From NCBI GenBank assembly GCA_973851085.1, contig OZ316775.1, forward strand, positions 2,852,001 to 2,916,000: 64,000 nt of DNA, given 5' to 3'. A program made the position numbers and the translations under genes. Shown here in pieces: positions 1 to 13,781 of the stretch. The notes below the pieces were generated by a model, which searched no databases, was not told where the DNA came from, and saw only the letters and a program-made list of their open reading frames with translations. Within the stretch, counting starts at the first letter, position 1. Each line of letters begins with the position of its first letter. Origin of the DNA: Ptychomitrium polyphyllum. Taxonomy: Eukaryota.

Positions 1-8
1 CTGGACAG

Positions 9-3000
9 CTGCTGATCCTACCAGACTCTTGAAACTTATTCTTGTTATAAGGTTGTTGGCTTTCTTTTGGAAAGTGTTGAGTCCTTTATATGTTCTTTAA
101 TGTTTTCTGTGACTTTGGATTTTGCTTTTGAAAAACATGGACAATTTAAGTGTGTAATCTTGTTATGAAAAATTGAGTTGCTGACAAAATTTCAAGGTGT
201 GACGACAGTGAATCTGCTTTTCTGCCAGTAGCGTCTAATAGCAAGCCATCGCGTTGGCTGTTATCCTTGTCGGCACATAACCATGTTTTGCTGTTCACCT
301 AGCTGTTGGACATTCTCACTGACGATTGTGTGCGTGAATTCCCTGCAGGGTGTTGTATTTGCAATACCAGCGAAAGAAAGTGGAAGATGTGAGTGATGAG
401 CGTGTCCGCTTTGAGATGAGCACAATGGGTGCTATACAGGTGTGAAAGTTATTGGCTAGGTTGATAAAGTTTTCCCACTGTATTACAAGGCTTTAGAACC
501 ATACTCTATTTCAGGTCCATCTGTGTCTCTTTCTGGGGCTCTTATCCCATCAGAGTTCAGGGTATGCCCGTGTGTGCATAGCTGTGGGAACTAACGGGTT
601 TTGATGGATGTGTGGGTGGCGACTTTGCAGGGTCTGGAGATGTGTGTAATGGTTACATCTGATGGAGTGAGCCATTCATTTTTTATATCTATAACGTTCC
701 TCTGTTACTGGCACTAGATAGATTGAGTCTTATCCGTCTTTTCAGATTGCATTCATTATAAGCTGATAATCTTCAAGATTTACTGTGTCCATCGTCGGAA
801 CTAGTTTTGTTTGAATTTGAGATTTTCTTCTGTTCTGTAGATTACAAATTTTTTAGTTTGAAATTGCTTTTTGAATTTGAGTTACTATGTGAAGGTTTTT
901 TTAAATTTTATTACCTCCATGTCTAACTCACAGAATGGCATCACTTGTACAGAAATGCTCAGTCCAAGAAGGACAACTGATTCCTGGGATCATGGTTGAA
1001 CAGACGGAGGAAGTTAACTTTGCTGTTCCACTGGTGCTGGAGGTGGATAGTCCCCACTCTGCTACGACTGCTCAGGCCTCATCCACTTTTATGAACGATA
1101 TCTCCCTGCAAGTATGGTTTAAATTCAATGTATATAGAAAAGTCTTAAACTGTCACGCTGTAGTTGTCTGCGGCTGTTTGGATGAGGTGATAAGACAAGT
1201 CTTGCTGATTTGTCTGGGAGGAACTGTAATCTCAAGCTGTCTATTGCATTTTGAAACCGGGAATTGATCAAAACGTTTTATCATTGTCAAGATTCACATT
1301 CTCTTAAATACCTAGAGCTTATTCGGTTGACAGGAAGGGACGTAAAATCTCAGCTGGCTGTTCTTATGGTGTCATCTCATAGTCCTTGACAATTACTCTC
1401 CATTTTGGACTGCAGGTAAAGTTTCCAGTTCAGAGAGGTAAATCAGTGGGAAGCGCCCCTCGATTGAAGTTGGTGGCACCTGAATCTATGAGAGATGTAT
1501 TTGATGTTGATGAGGTTAAGCTCCCTGAGTGGCCCGAGCATATGTGAGTAATTGAACCACTCTTCATATTGTTAGATAAATTCCATTGATCAATCAACCT
1601 TGAGTGCATAATTAGTTGCTATTAGCATTCGTCTAGTAGAAAGTGCTCATCATAATTTTGCACGACCTGATTGAATTGGGAACTCACCATCTAACAGGTG
1701 CCTTGTGGAGTACATACCTACACTGCAATTTACCATACAACAACAGGTCTGTGTTTGTATTTTAGATGTGTTCTGTTTTGTGTAATATTCTCAGTTTATG
1801 AGAAGAGAGCTTTTATAGCAAGAAAATGGAGTATCAATTACGCGGGTCTATAATGGTGTTTGTTTTTGTTAGGCGCGAGAAGCACGTGCGTCCGTTGGGT
1901 TGCGGATGAATTTCATGGAGGCTTTGTTCCCATTTTTTGGTCGCCCTCTTGAAGCCGACACGGTAAGTTACCACTCAATACCTAAGAGTATCTTGCTTTC
2001 ACTATAGTGATCATTTAGAATTTCTAGCAAAAACTAACAACATAAAAAAAGAGGAAGCATTTTCATTATCTACTCTGAGCTCGTCCTCAATACTTTGAAC
2101 CTCGTCAGCTTCAAAGATCCATAATCGACCCCAAAACGCATGTCTTAGTAACACAATACGAGGGTTGCGCTCGTTATAGGATTTAACCCAACACCTCACA
2201 ACACGAGCTGACGATAGCCATGCAGCGCTTGTATAAATTTTCGTGTGTCATTCAATGGCGCCATTTAGAGGGTTAAGTTTGATGTTGAGATGAAGACACT
2301 TGTTAATTGGTATTATCTTTTTGATATTATCACATGTCAAGGTATGGTTGTGATTTACAGCTTTACTATCGAAAGGTCTCTATCTTAACCTCGTCTGGAG
2401 TTTTCACTTTCTTGGTAAGTTCCTGCTACATAGTTATGAAGATTATAAGAACATATTTTCACAATTTTGACTAAGTAGAGAGGTAGAACATCTTTCTTTG
2501 TATAGGTGCTTTTGTACCTTCTCATCTTTGAACAGCTCCCGTTTGTCGGTTGATCCGTTCGGAGAGAAAAAATATGGTACTTGAAGATCTTATTTTGACT
2601 TTGTAGGAAGTCGAAATCGACATGTGCTTACTAACTCTCTTGTGCAGATTCATTTTGTGTTGCCAATTCAGTTTCCAAAGATGCAGCCAGCCTTTACACT
2701 CCAAAGTTCTCAGGTGCGTTTTGAAAAACGCTATATCTAGCCTTGTAACCATAGAATGAGTTCAGTGAGATATCTGTGCTGGTTTTGTTTCAATGCGTGA
2801 GGTGTTGTTTGAACCTGCAGCATTTCGATGCACGGGGGAAGCCTCTAGTATCACGTCCATACCAAGATTACCCTTGGAGTCCTCGGTGGGAGGCATCTGA
2901 AATGGTTCAGCGAATCTTGTAAGGCTCTCTCTTTTCTTCACTCAATGTATGCCTTGCTGAACCTCAGAAGGCTCCTGTTTTCTTTACTGACTCTGATGCA

Positions 3001-3100
3001 GCCCGCTGACAACGTTTTTGGGATTGTGTGCAGTGAATTTGTGGCGGAAGAATGCATAGCTTTCAAGAGGCATTGTAATGATAGTCTCAGCCAACGATGA
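9..3100 (+). CDS. BABAM2: BRISC/BRCA1-A complex member 2 (BRE/BRCC45) homolog, 5'-truncated by the window edge
   Basis: Phase-compatible GT-AG exons: 9-51, 349-439, 631-666, 1004-1111, 1416-1543, 1698-1746, 1873-1962, 2361-2414, 2648-2713, 2821-2918, 3034-3100 (TGA). The splice gives ...FFGRPLEADT LYYRKVSIL... LPIQFPKMQPAFTLQS ...YPWSPRWEASEM..., matching the BRE C-terminal YP(Y/W)SPRW motif. Confidence 0.85.
2137..2244 (-). pseudogene. Fragment of organellar (plant mitochondrial-type) SSU rRNA inserted in an intron (NUMT)
   Basis: The reverse complement reads TGCATGGCTATCGTCAGCTCGTGTTGTGAGGTGTTGGGTTAAATCCTATAACGAGCGCAACCCTCGTATTGTGTTACTAAGACATGCG. This is the conserved bacterial-type SSU block, followed by a continuation resembling plant mitochondrial rrn18. 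Confidence 0.85.
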
Positions 3101-5985
3101 CTACCTCAAACTGGTGTCGGTGCAGGGAGAAAATAATACTAAGTGAGTATAATCTAGCACTGACATCACATAACACCATATAAATCTTGAACTGAAAATT
3201 GCACAGTTGGCATGAGGTGTACATTACGCGTGTCAGCCAACGCTCTTACGTTGTTCACAATAATGTAATAGTTACAGGAGAATGATTTTAGAGGTTGACT
3301 AAGATTTCTAATAAAAGAACCAAACTTACTCATATATGGCCATGCAGCAATGCTTTGACTGCCAATCAATCTAATGACCTTTAGTACAATGAACCAAGTT
3401 TGAGGTGATCATATGGATATCCACAGTACAGTACTCTGCAAACTGAATTGCTGTATTGAAAGCTGCTATAGTCCTGTAACTCAGTGGATTCGCTTGGAAA
3501 AGTTTCAAAGGAAATGCAGTGTGGATTGCATGCTATTTTAAACGACACTAGTATTTTCTTACTGTGTCATGTTTTCAAACATGTGGTAACGTCCTATTTT
3601 CGTGTATGCGACACGTGCCAGAGATTCAATTGCATTGCCTGAGATATGCCACTGCCAGTGGATGAAGAATTTCAGATATGTTATTCATCAAGTTACAGGA
3701 TGCTCTACAGTAATTTGAACATTAAAAACGCTTGGAAAGAGGCACACTACCCCCCAATAAGGGGATGTTAGAGGGCACAATATCAATACATGAAGTGGAA
3801 ACCCAAATTTTGGCCAATGGGATGCTTTAAAGTTTTGTAACATCCGTCAAGAGTTATACAAATGTAAATTAAACTTCTTCTACAATTGTAACATTTTCCA
3901 AAGAAGTTAAAATTCTAAACTATTTTATGTGCATATTATAGTCAAATTATTGATTTAGTTTAAGTGGATGTTTGATGTTTAATAATTATTAATGTAGCAA
4001 TAAATGTATATGTGTTCTTTATTCATTAATCACATAATATCTCTTTGCAAGTTTGCTATCACTTCAAATCAAGAAAATCAAGCATGAAAATTTTTATTTT
4101 TGATTATTCATAACTTACTCATAGAATACCTAAATAATATGTCAAAAAGTGTTTTGAAGTCCTTTTTACTTGTTGATATGATCTATTAAAAAAAAAAACC
4201 ATAGTTATAAGTGTAATGTTACCTCAAAGATGATCCATTCCAATTGCTAAAAAATGTTATGTAAGTTTTCTATAGTTCTTTTATTCAATAAACTAGGCCA
4301 CACTACACCAATACTTCACTCTACTAATTCACTCTACCAAATTCAATCCATGCATTTGACGTTATTTACAATAGAAGGTGTCAAACTTCTCACAGGAACA
4401 TGAACGGTGTCTGCGGAGACCAGTACCAAAATCGGTCGCTGTCCCAAAACCCAACCGACTGTCTATGAAAGGCGTACATTTTAAATTGAATTCTGCGCAT
4501 TTCGTAGATGATGAATAACCGTACCCTGACGGTTTGTCACTGAACCTAAAAATGACGTTATCTACGATTTTCGTAGAGTTAGATCAGAGATGTCCTTTCA
4601 GAGAACACAGTCGATTTGCTTTGGGGTATGCGACTCCCGACTCGTGGTTTCTCATTGCGCGACGGCAGGCGGCTCAGCACTGCCGCAAGTTGCAGCGCCA
4701 TTGATGTAGTGATACTCAGGATACACTCATCTGATACTACCGTAATACCATTACGATACTACGGCTGATATCTGTGGGAGTGAACCAGAAATTACTACAT
4801 TGTTAGCTTGTCGAACGTTGTGCTCGCCTTCCTCGCACACCGGCCTTCACGTCGTGCATTGAGTTGCAACATCATCGCCACTCCGATCAGAGCTTCATCA
4901 AAATTAATACCTTGTGGCACGACCTGCTTTGTCTGCCAAGTTCTGACGCCACTCATGCTTGCGTGAGAGGCTACAACGAGAGTGGCCTCCAAAGTTTGGA
5001 ACTTTCGTCAGCAAGTGGCTGTGGAGTGCAAGGAAGAGAACGGAGTGACTTCACTCCAGCATTTGGAAAGCTCGTAGACAGTAAGAGCCGGATCGGTGAT
5101 TGGTTTTGGTCTTTTGAGTGAGTTGTTTCTCTTGGTTTGGAGAGAGAGCATTTGGTTTCGGATTGTTCTATGTGACGAGGATCGTGACTGTAGATTTGGG
5201 GGAGGTCGGTGTTGGTGGTGGTGAAGAGGAAGAAGAATCTGTAGGAATACTTGAGACGGGTCGATTGACTGGCAATTAGCAATTGAGGACTTTTTTCGCG
5301 GAGTCGATATTGTTAGCGTCGCAAGTTTGACCATCCGAGCATTTCGGCGTGGTTGCGGCAGAAACAGTGCCGCTGTTTGGGTGAGGAGAACCGGTTTCTG
5401 ACTTTCGCGGACTATGTGCTTGAGCGTCGTCAGCTTTCACTCGCATCTGCATACATGAGCTTCGCCTCAGGAACTGGAAGAACGACGAGACGGTGTAACT
5501 TATGTATCAGGTTCTCTACCTTGCGAATTCTCCTTCCTCAACTTCGTTGCGATTGGATTTCCTACTCTGGAGCTCACAACGAAGTGTTATCACGACTCTA
5601 TTCTTCGATCCATTCGCTCCTGGTGGGGACTTGAATCCAGGTGGTACTAATCCCAACCTAAGTTTCGACCTTGTTGTGAGATGAGAATTTTGGGGTCGAT
5701 GTAGACTTTCAGTCGGTGCTGGTGAATGAGACCTAGCCGTGGCTATGGCGGGGATCACTCGACAGAAGAGGTCGGGCCATTGAGCTCGAAGTGCACATCC
5801 AGTAGTTTGAATGAACGCTCATGGCTATGGGACTACTGCGAGAAGAAGGGGAAATGTTGGAAGAGGCAGGAAAGGTAGCATCTAGTCGGTGGATCGAGGA
5901 GCTCGAGGAGATGGTTTCTTGTGGAGGTGAGGGCGGAATTCAATGAGGGAGAGACTGAGGTGAGGTTGTCGCGCTCCAGGGCAGT

Positions 5986-8900
5986 ATGAGAGCGTTCACA
6001 GGGTGGAGAGCGCCCTTGCTGCTGCTCCTGGTGCTCTCGTGTTTAAGGCCATTGAGCTCCAGTAATGCGTCGTCACGGTGCGACCCCACAGACCCCAGCT
6101 CTGGCCGGGCTATGGATTTGGTGTCCGGGTTTTGTAGCGTAGGAGACGCTGGGGTGGACTCACGCACTTGCTTATCCGGGGTGTCATCAGAGTGTACAGG
6201 AGAGCGTTTTCAGGGTTGTGGGTCGACTTCGAGAGGGAATGAGGATGACGGTCTTGGAGGAGTTGGTCATGTACGAGCTTTAGGAGAAGTAGGGAGTGAA
6301 TACATTGTTAGGTTTAAGCAGTACCGATACGCTGCGGAGTTTAGAGAGCTTCTAGAGGAGAAGCTTGGGGGCAATGGTAGGGTTTGGCAATGGCTGGAGC
6401 GGCATAATCCGGCATCGGCTTTCCCCACGGATTTTGCATTGATGAGGATTGAAGGGATGCATTGTGAGGGTGTGCTGGAAGCATTGAGGGGATTGGAGTT
6501 CGTGAAGGACGTGTCGCCGCAGATGCGCTTCACGCGAGCCTTGATGTCTGAGAGCAGTGAAAATGAGCGTAGCAGTGAAGTAGGTGACGAAGTGTCGAGT
6601 AGGAATTATGAAACCTTTAATCTGGAAGGCGAGGACGGAGTGCCGGAGAGTAAGCCTCCAGGTCGTCTATGCACGAAGCTGTCCTCTGAATATGAATTTC
6701 AGGAAGGCACGCCTCCTCTTCTCGCCAATGTTTCACTCAACCACGGCCGCAAGCTCCTTTTCCAGGTAACTGGTTTTGTTTTAGGTTAGAAAATAGAGGC
6801 CTGCAATTTTCAGAGTTTTATTTGTTGTCATCAGATGATGCATACTTTTCCAGAATCGACTGGTTTTACAGCACTACTGGACTTGCATTAGTATGTACGA
6901 TACCTAGTGGAATTACACTTACGTCAACGTAAGACGAAACCACTGTATATGCTTAGAGAACAAGAATTCAAGACATCATGTGTCAATCATTCCACTAGGT
7001 ACGATGATGTGTTAAGCATTTCAGCGTTTTGCAATATTGATCTGTCAGTTGCTTACATGCTTGTGTTGTTGGGGGTTTGAAACAGCGGTCACAAATCACA
7101 TCCATGTTTGAATCGGAGAAGCTTTGGGAGAAAGGATTTACTGGTGCAAAAGTTAGAATGGCAGTGTTTGATACAGGTGTTCGTGCCGACCATCCTCACT
7201 TCCGCAATATTAAGGTACATCTAGTCCATACGATACCTGTTTCTTTGTTATGTTTCAAGGTGCTGTTAGGCTGTATTTTAGTGTTTAGTTCAACTCACCT
7301 GCATCTGTGCATTAAATGGACAGGGCAGTTTACTGATCTTCACCAGAGGAATTTGTATTGCCTTAGAGTTGAGATACATACAATCCTGGTGATTTAATCT
7401 TTAATCTATGAGTAGTTTGTATCGAACTGGTTCTGCTCTTCTGCTTTATCCTCTTTGATGTAATGTGGTGATGTGACTGATGTACGTTCTGGTTGGTGTG
7501 ATTGCAGGAGAGAACAAATTGGACTAATGAAGATACATTGAATGACAATCTTGGCCATGGCACTTTTGTTGCAGGGGTAATTTCCAGTCAAGATCCTCAA
7601 TGTCTTGGGTTTGCTCCAGATGCTGAAATCTACGCCTTCCGCGTCTTCACTGATGCTCAGGTAATGATATCTAATCAATAACAGTACTCCTTTTATTTCA
7701 CTCAATACAATTATTTTAGTTATGGGATATAGAAATAAAGCATCGACGAGGAGGGTTACCGTTCTAGATCAATACACAGCTGCAGTACGTACGATGTAAA
7801 GCTTTCATACGACTAGTTTATTTTCTATCAGACAATGGGGATTGACGTTATCAGTGGGGTTGCAGGTATCATACACCTCGTGGTTTTTGGATGCTTTCAA
7901 TTATGCCATTGCTACCAAGATGAACGTCCTCAACCTAAGCATTGGGGGACCTGATTATCTTGATCTACCCTTTGTTGAAAAGGTAATGAACTCCTCTTTC
8001 CAGTCAATTAAGCAATATGTGGCTGGCTTTTAGCCCCTGCAGTGGTAAACTAATACACATGTAATGAGATTGTTAGAGGAACAAATTGATACGGTAGTAT
8101 GTTTTATGAAGGTTTTAGTATTTTTTGTTCTTTCCCGAGTTCATTCAGAATCACTACTACACTGACACAATTTCAGTTTCTGAACAATCTGGGGACAATG
8201 TGAAACAGGTATGGGAAATGACTGCAAACAACATCATCATGGTATCAGCTATAGGCAACGATGGACCACTGTACGGGACACTAAATAATCCAGCTGATCA
8301 GAGCGACGTGATTGGGGTTGGAGGCATTGACTACAATGACCATATTGCCTCTTTTTCATCACGGGGCATGAGCACCTGGGAAATCCCGCATGGGTTGGTC
8401 CTTTCTCTATTCGTGATGACCCTGTGATGCATGTATTCTTGAAGCTGTTGAATATCTTAGGGAATAAAAATTGCTTTATTCTTGCATGAAGTTCGAAATG
8501 GACTAGTACCATGTACAGTTTACGAGGCTTTTAATATTGAAGGATGCAGGTTAAACCTGTTGGGTGGGTGCTTCCTTGAGACAATCTCCTTTTTTTGGTA
8601 GATAACCATTTTCACCACTTTAGTTATGTGCGATTCATATGATTATGTTTCAGGTCAGTTTTAGTAATCTCACGTGTTTGTGGTGGGCAGATATGGTCGT
8701 GTAAAACCGGACATTGTAGCTTATGGACGAGAGGTGATAGGGTCTAAGATAAGCACAGGATGCAAGAGTTTGTCTGGAACGAGTGTGGCCAGTCCAGTTG
8801 TGGCTGGGGCGGTCTGTTTGCTTGCCAGTGTGGTTCCAGAAAAGGATCGTTGGAACCTGCTCAATCCCGCTAGTATGAAACAAGCTCTGGTTGAGGGAGC

Positions 8901-11900
8901 GTTACGTCTGTCAGGGCCCAATATGTTTGAGCAAGGAGCTGGCCGGCTCAACCTGTAAGATCTCTTTCTGAGCTTGTCTTTGGAATCTGGCTTAATTTAT
9001 TCGTCCAGAGTGAGAATTGGATTATGTAAGTTGAAAAAATAAATATATTACAAATTAAAAAGGAACAAACAAATTTAGTATGGTTTCACTCCACTCCGCT
9101 TTCTTTTCTGTCCGTTTTACTAACTCCTTCCTTGCTACAATTTCACTGTGTATATGGGCTTTTATATGGTTAGAGTTTGTGTTAGCTTCCATCATTTGTC
9201 ACGAGGGTAAGAAAGATTCTCATCTCTACGTGTTTATGATGGAAAAAAGCACAGAAACTCACTATTGCAGTTTAGTCGCAGATGCAAGTTTTGACATCTT
9301 TTGTTGATTCATTTCAGGTTAAAATCATATGAAATTTTGGCAACCTACAAACCGCGTGTGAGCATTTTGCCAAGTGCTTTAGATTTGACAGATAGCCCTT
9401 ATGCATGGCCTTTCTGGCGGCAGGCTCTCTATGCAGGGGCCATGCCTTTAATTTTTAATGCAACGATTTTGAATGGAATGGGCGTCGTGGGTTACATTGA
9501 CATCCCACCGATCTGGGTGCCCTATGAAGATTCAGGGAGGTTACTGGACATACAATTCACATATTCAGATGTGATCTGGCCATGGACAGGATTTTTGGGA
9601 TTACATCTCAGAATCAAACCTGAAGGTAACAGGTATCAAGGAACAATTGAAGGAAAAATCTTGTTTAAGGTAGTCTCTCCTCCTGCTAAGGGGGAAAGTA
9701 GTGCACGCAGATGGGACTGTGAGTTACCACTAAAAGTAGCTATTGTTCCTACGCCTCCTCGAGAAAAACGCATTTTGTGGGACCAGTTCCACAGTGTACG
9801 GTACCCACCTGGCTATATCCCTCGTGACTCTTTAGATGTGAGAAATGATATACTGGATTGGCACGGTGACCATCTACATACAAACTACCATGGAATGTTT
9901 GATGCCCTTCGTGATGCTGGTTACTACATCGAGACCCTTGGTTCCCCGTTAACATGCTTTGATGCCACTCAGTATGGAACATTACTCATGGTAGACTTGG
10001 AAGATGAGTACTATAGCGAGGAAATAAAGAAGTTGCAAGAAGACGTTAAGACGAAAGGACTTGGATTGATTGTTTTCGCGGATTGGTATCATGTGGAGAC
10101 TATGGTGAAGATGAAGTTCTTTGATGATAATACTCGAAGTTGGTGGACTCCTGCTACTGGCGGAGCTAATATTCCAGCTCTAAACGACTTGCTTGCCCCC
10201 TTTGGTATTGCATTTGGGGACACAATACTTAATGGCCCTTATTCCATAGGGGAAGAAAGAGCACAGTATGCCTCAGGCACAGACATCCTGCGTTTCCCTG
10301 CTGGAGGCTTTGTTCATCGCTTTCTTTTTCAGGATAGCTCTGGAGGTCGCTCTGGCATAACCTCATCGCGCAGTTCCGTGCGAGCTCAGGTTATTTCCTT
10401 CAGACGAATATTTACGGCCTTTCTTGTAAATAGTGTCTTGGTGGTTATGTATCCCTACGTTGTGGTCGTTAGTTGTCGACTGCAGCTATTTCTTGTTTCC
10501 TTTGTGCGTTTAGTTTCAGAATATATTTCACCTCTTTAAATTGTATTCACAAGAGATATTTATATCTTGTGTAAGTCAGTCTTCCTTTAACTTCTTCCGA
10601 TATCTTCTGTTTTTCTAGTTGTTTTTTATCTGGTTTTGGTTTGTTCGTTGAAAGTGTGGAATCTTGAACATGTGGTAACCTGAATTTTTTGTCTTCATGC
10701 TCTGTTCTAAGACCACTGTTTCCTTCAGCACTTGCTCCTATAATGTTAAACTAACCCTATCTACCCCTTTCTGGAGCCTACACTGAAGTGAAATTTTGGG
10801 TAGAACTATCTTTCCACAAAATGTTGCATGTTCTTACAGCGATTATCCGAATACACAATACAGGTGGAATCACCAATTTTGGGAGCAGTGGAGGCTGGTA
10901 GAGGGCGCATTGCCGTCTATGGAGACTCAAATTGTTTGGACAGTAGCCACATGGTGAGCAACTGCTACTGGTTACTGAAGAAGCTGTTAGATTTCACAAG
11001 TTCTGACATTCAGGATCCTGTCATTTTCCCTGCGACAAATGAGTTAGGCTCTCCTCTTGGCAGTACAGATTCACCATTGCCTTGGCGGAGGGGTGATGTG
11101 GATTTCAGCCCCTATTCTCTTGTTTTGAAACACCCACTACGATGTGGCTTAGATTCTCCATTTGCTGTGCAAGGCTCTGAAGGCTATGTATTTGAGTCTA
11201 GTAAACTTAGAACCATATTGGAACCAAATCCCACTGGCAGTGGTCACCTCCAGCCTAGTGAATCTACATCGTCAGATGTTTCGTCTCCTTCTATGGATAG
11301 ACCACCTAGGAATGATCCTCCATTTGAATCAAACAGTTCAGATATGGATTCAAGCACATCAGTTTCTATATTAGATCGTGAGAGAGGTAGCATGCCGGGG
11401 TTTGCGTTTCCAACACAGACCAAAACGATAACGAATCAATCAGTCCCAGAGTTAAGGACGGCGGACACTACAAATTCGAGAGTCGAGGAGAATTCTCAAC
11501 CGCTCGGTTGGTGGACCCGAGATGAGGTCAGTTCCTTTAAATTTCTTCCTGTCTCTTCTGTTTGATGTGTTATATGACCTGCCTGTGCGCATGCTCGCAT
11601 TTTCTAAGACTCACAATTAACCTGAGATGCGTGGTTTGTGGATAGCAGTACCTCAAGTGGTTTCTTGCTCCTCTTTCGTTTGGTCACTATTTTTATATAA
11701 CCCCAACGTTTCATTTTTTCTGGTCTGATATTTGTTTTGACTACTAATTTGTACGCTTTCCTGCTCCTTTGGTTCAAGGCTTGTCTACCAATATAATCCA
11801 GTGCAGTAGGTCAATTAAAACGCTGGTTTATGTGCAGCTGGATCTCACAACTCAAACAGCTGTTCAATGGCTGGCCCCAATTCTTTTATGTATAACAGGT

Positions 11901-12375
11901 TTGTTTTTGTGCTCTAACATAAAATAGAATTCATTACTACAACAGTATTGTAATTAGCTCCGTCATTTGTCATTAGTTAATTGCTACTGTTCTGTCGTCA
12001 AGAGGGGGATGCTATGAAATATCTGATGTCAAGACGCTTAGGTTCTTGGTTTATTTACTCCAGGTCGTATTGAAGGAATAATCGTAACGCTTTGAGTATT
12101 GTTCTTCGTAATACAGTCTTCAGTGACTAGTATGTTTATTTGTTTGTATATTTTATCGTGTTTTATTTTTTATGAGAAGTTCAGGTGTGTATTTAAGTTG
12201 GATACAATTAATGAACTGCTGGCTAGCTATTTCAGAAATGCTTGTCTTTAGTTCTAACTTTCTGTTTCTATGCCACTCCGCAGGCTTCGTGCTCATCCTT
12301 GGGCTTTGGCGCGTAAGGCAAAAGAAACATAGGCGTGCACGAAAGGGATCAACACGGTCCCTATTAAATTTGTGA
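5986..12375 (+). CDS. SBT6.1: Site-1 protease / subtilisin-like protease SBT6.1 (MBTPS1 ortholog), about 1171 aa
   Basis: Exons 5986-6765, 7086-7214, 7508-7660, 7866-7982, 8209-8393, 8691-8954, 9318-10389, 10864-11526, 11838-11898, 12284-12375, all in phase. It has a signal peptide, an RKLL processing site and the catalytic motifs VFDTG, LGHGT and SGTSVASP. It also has the S1P-specific [14 protein letters not shown] motif, a C-terminal TM segment and a basic tail. Confidence 0.96.
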
Positions 12376-13781
12376 TAAATGTGGGTTATACACAACAAAA
12401 GAAAACATTTTTTAACCTATTCATGGGATTTTCACTTGTCTTGTCCTGTTACTGTCATGATTGTATTTGGAACATTGCATTACTTAGGCATCATTATGGA
12501 GAGTTGCTCCTGAGTAACATAACATTCTTCAGCAAGGCAACTCGTCACCCGAGAATCAAGGAGGGTGAGCCCCCTTTATTCCCTCTTTCATCTAATGAAG
12601 AACTAGATTTGGTACTGATGGTAGCCTGTTACGGAAGCGTGAGGTTCCAACTACTACTAAAGAATGCGATGGCCTGGTTTAAATTTGAAGAGCCAATGAG
12701 AATCTTTCACTTGTTACCAATTAGTATTGTGGATGCATGATAAGGTTTTACACTCGTTCCTGTCATGCGCTAGTAATGAAATAAGGACAAGCACCTCTCT
12801 TTTGGGCGTTGACTTGAGATTTTTTCTTATTAATTAATTAAAATTCTGCAATAGGTAAATAATAGTGATGCACAAAATTTAAAATCATAACTCCATTGGG
12901 ATGCAGCCATCCCCCCACAAATTTAACGGTTCACGGTTCTAAATTCATGTAATAACTATGCCAGCCTCTTAATAACTCAGTTTCAAATGATAAAACTGTT
13001 GTAAAGCATGTTGGATAAAAGTAAGTGTTGAAATTTAGATGAAAACAAATATTCAATTTTTTAGTTCTGACACTCAAATATAAAAAAATTGGAAGAACTG
13101 AAGAAGTGTAAAAGAAACGTGTCATGGTCGCTCCATTCGAGTAGTACCCTTTGCTGCAGCAACAAAGCACCGAGTTGGGAGATGATGGTGAAAGAATAGC
13201 CTGTGAAGATGTGAAGTGATGATGTGTCACGGTGCTGCATTCCTCGTATCCCATGCACAGACCCAGAGTCGAATCATTCCTGCAAGTGGCCATGATAGTC
13301 AGCTACCACTCTTGCTAGTCCTCTCTCTGTCCATCACAACTCAAAGTTTCGGTGATTCGTGTGTTTATAGGCTGCCCTCCATGCACATGATACCTCTCAG
13401 TCACCTCCAGAAGTGCATGGTTGGAGTTGAAGTGAAGTAGAAAACACCCAGCTTTACAGGCAACAGGGATTGAGGGAGGGAGGGAGGGGTTTTACGAGTG
13501 ATTGATCGCTTAACCTTGAAGCTGAAGAATGTCACGCCACTAATTCTCATCTGTGGAGGAGTGGATTTGCAGCAGGAAACCATGAATTAGCTGATGAGGC
13601 TATCATGGGAGTTTCACAACTTGGGTGGCACTAGCTTGTAAGGTTTTCAGGTTGCAATGCAAGGGTAGGGGTTCCGGAGGTGCGAGGCTTCCTCGAGGTT
13701 TGGGTGAAGGTGAAGATGAACCGGAGCCTGGCGATGGAGGTGGAGCATTCCAGATTGGATGTGCACATCTGGGGGCTGGCG

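Noticed and set aside
2137..2244. Functional rRNA gene
   Set aside because: Only about 110 bp, mutated at conserved positions and inside an intron.
4795..5985. Short ORFs upstream of S1P as genes or conserved uORFs
   Set aside because: No recognisable domains or splice structure. Probably promoter and 5' leader; this cannot be assessed without transcript data.
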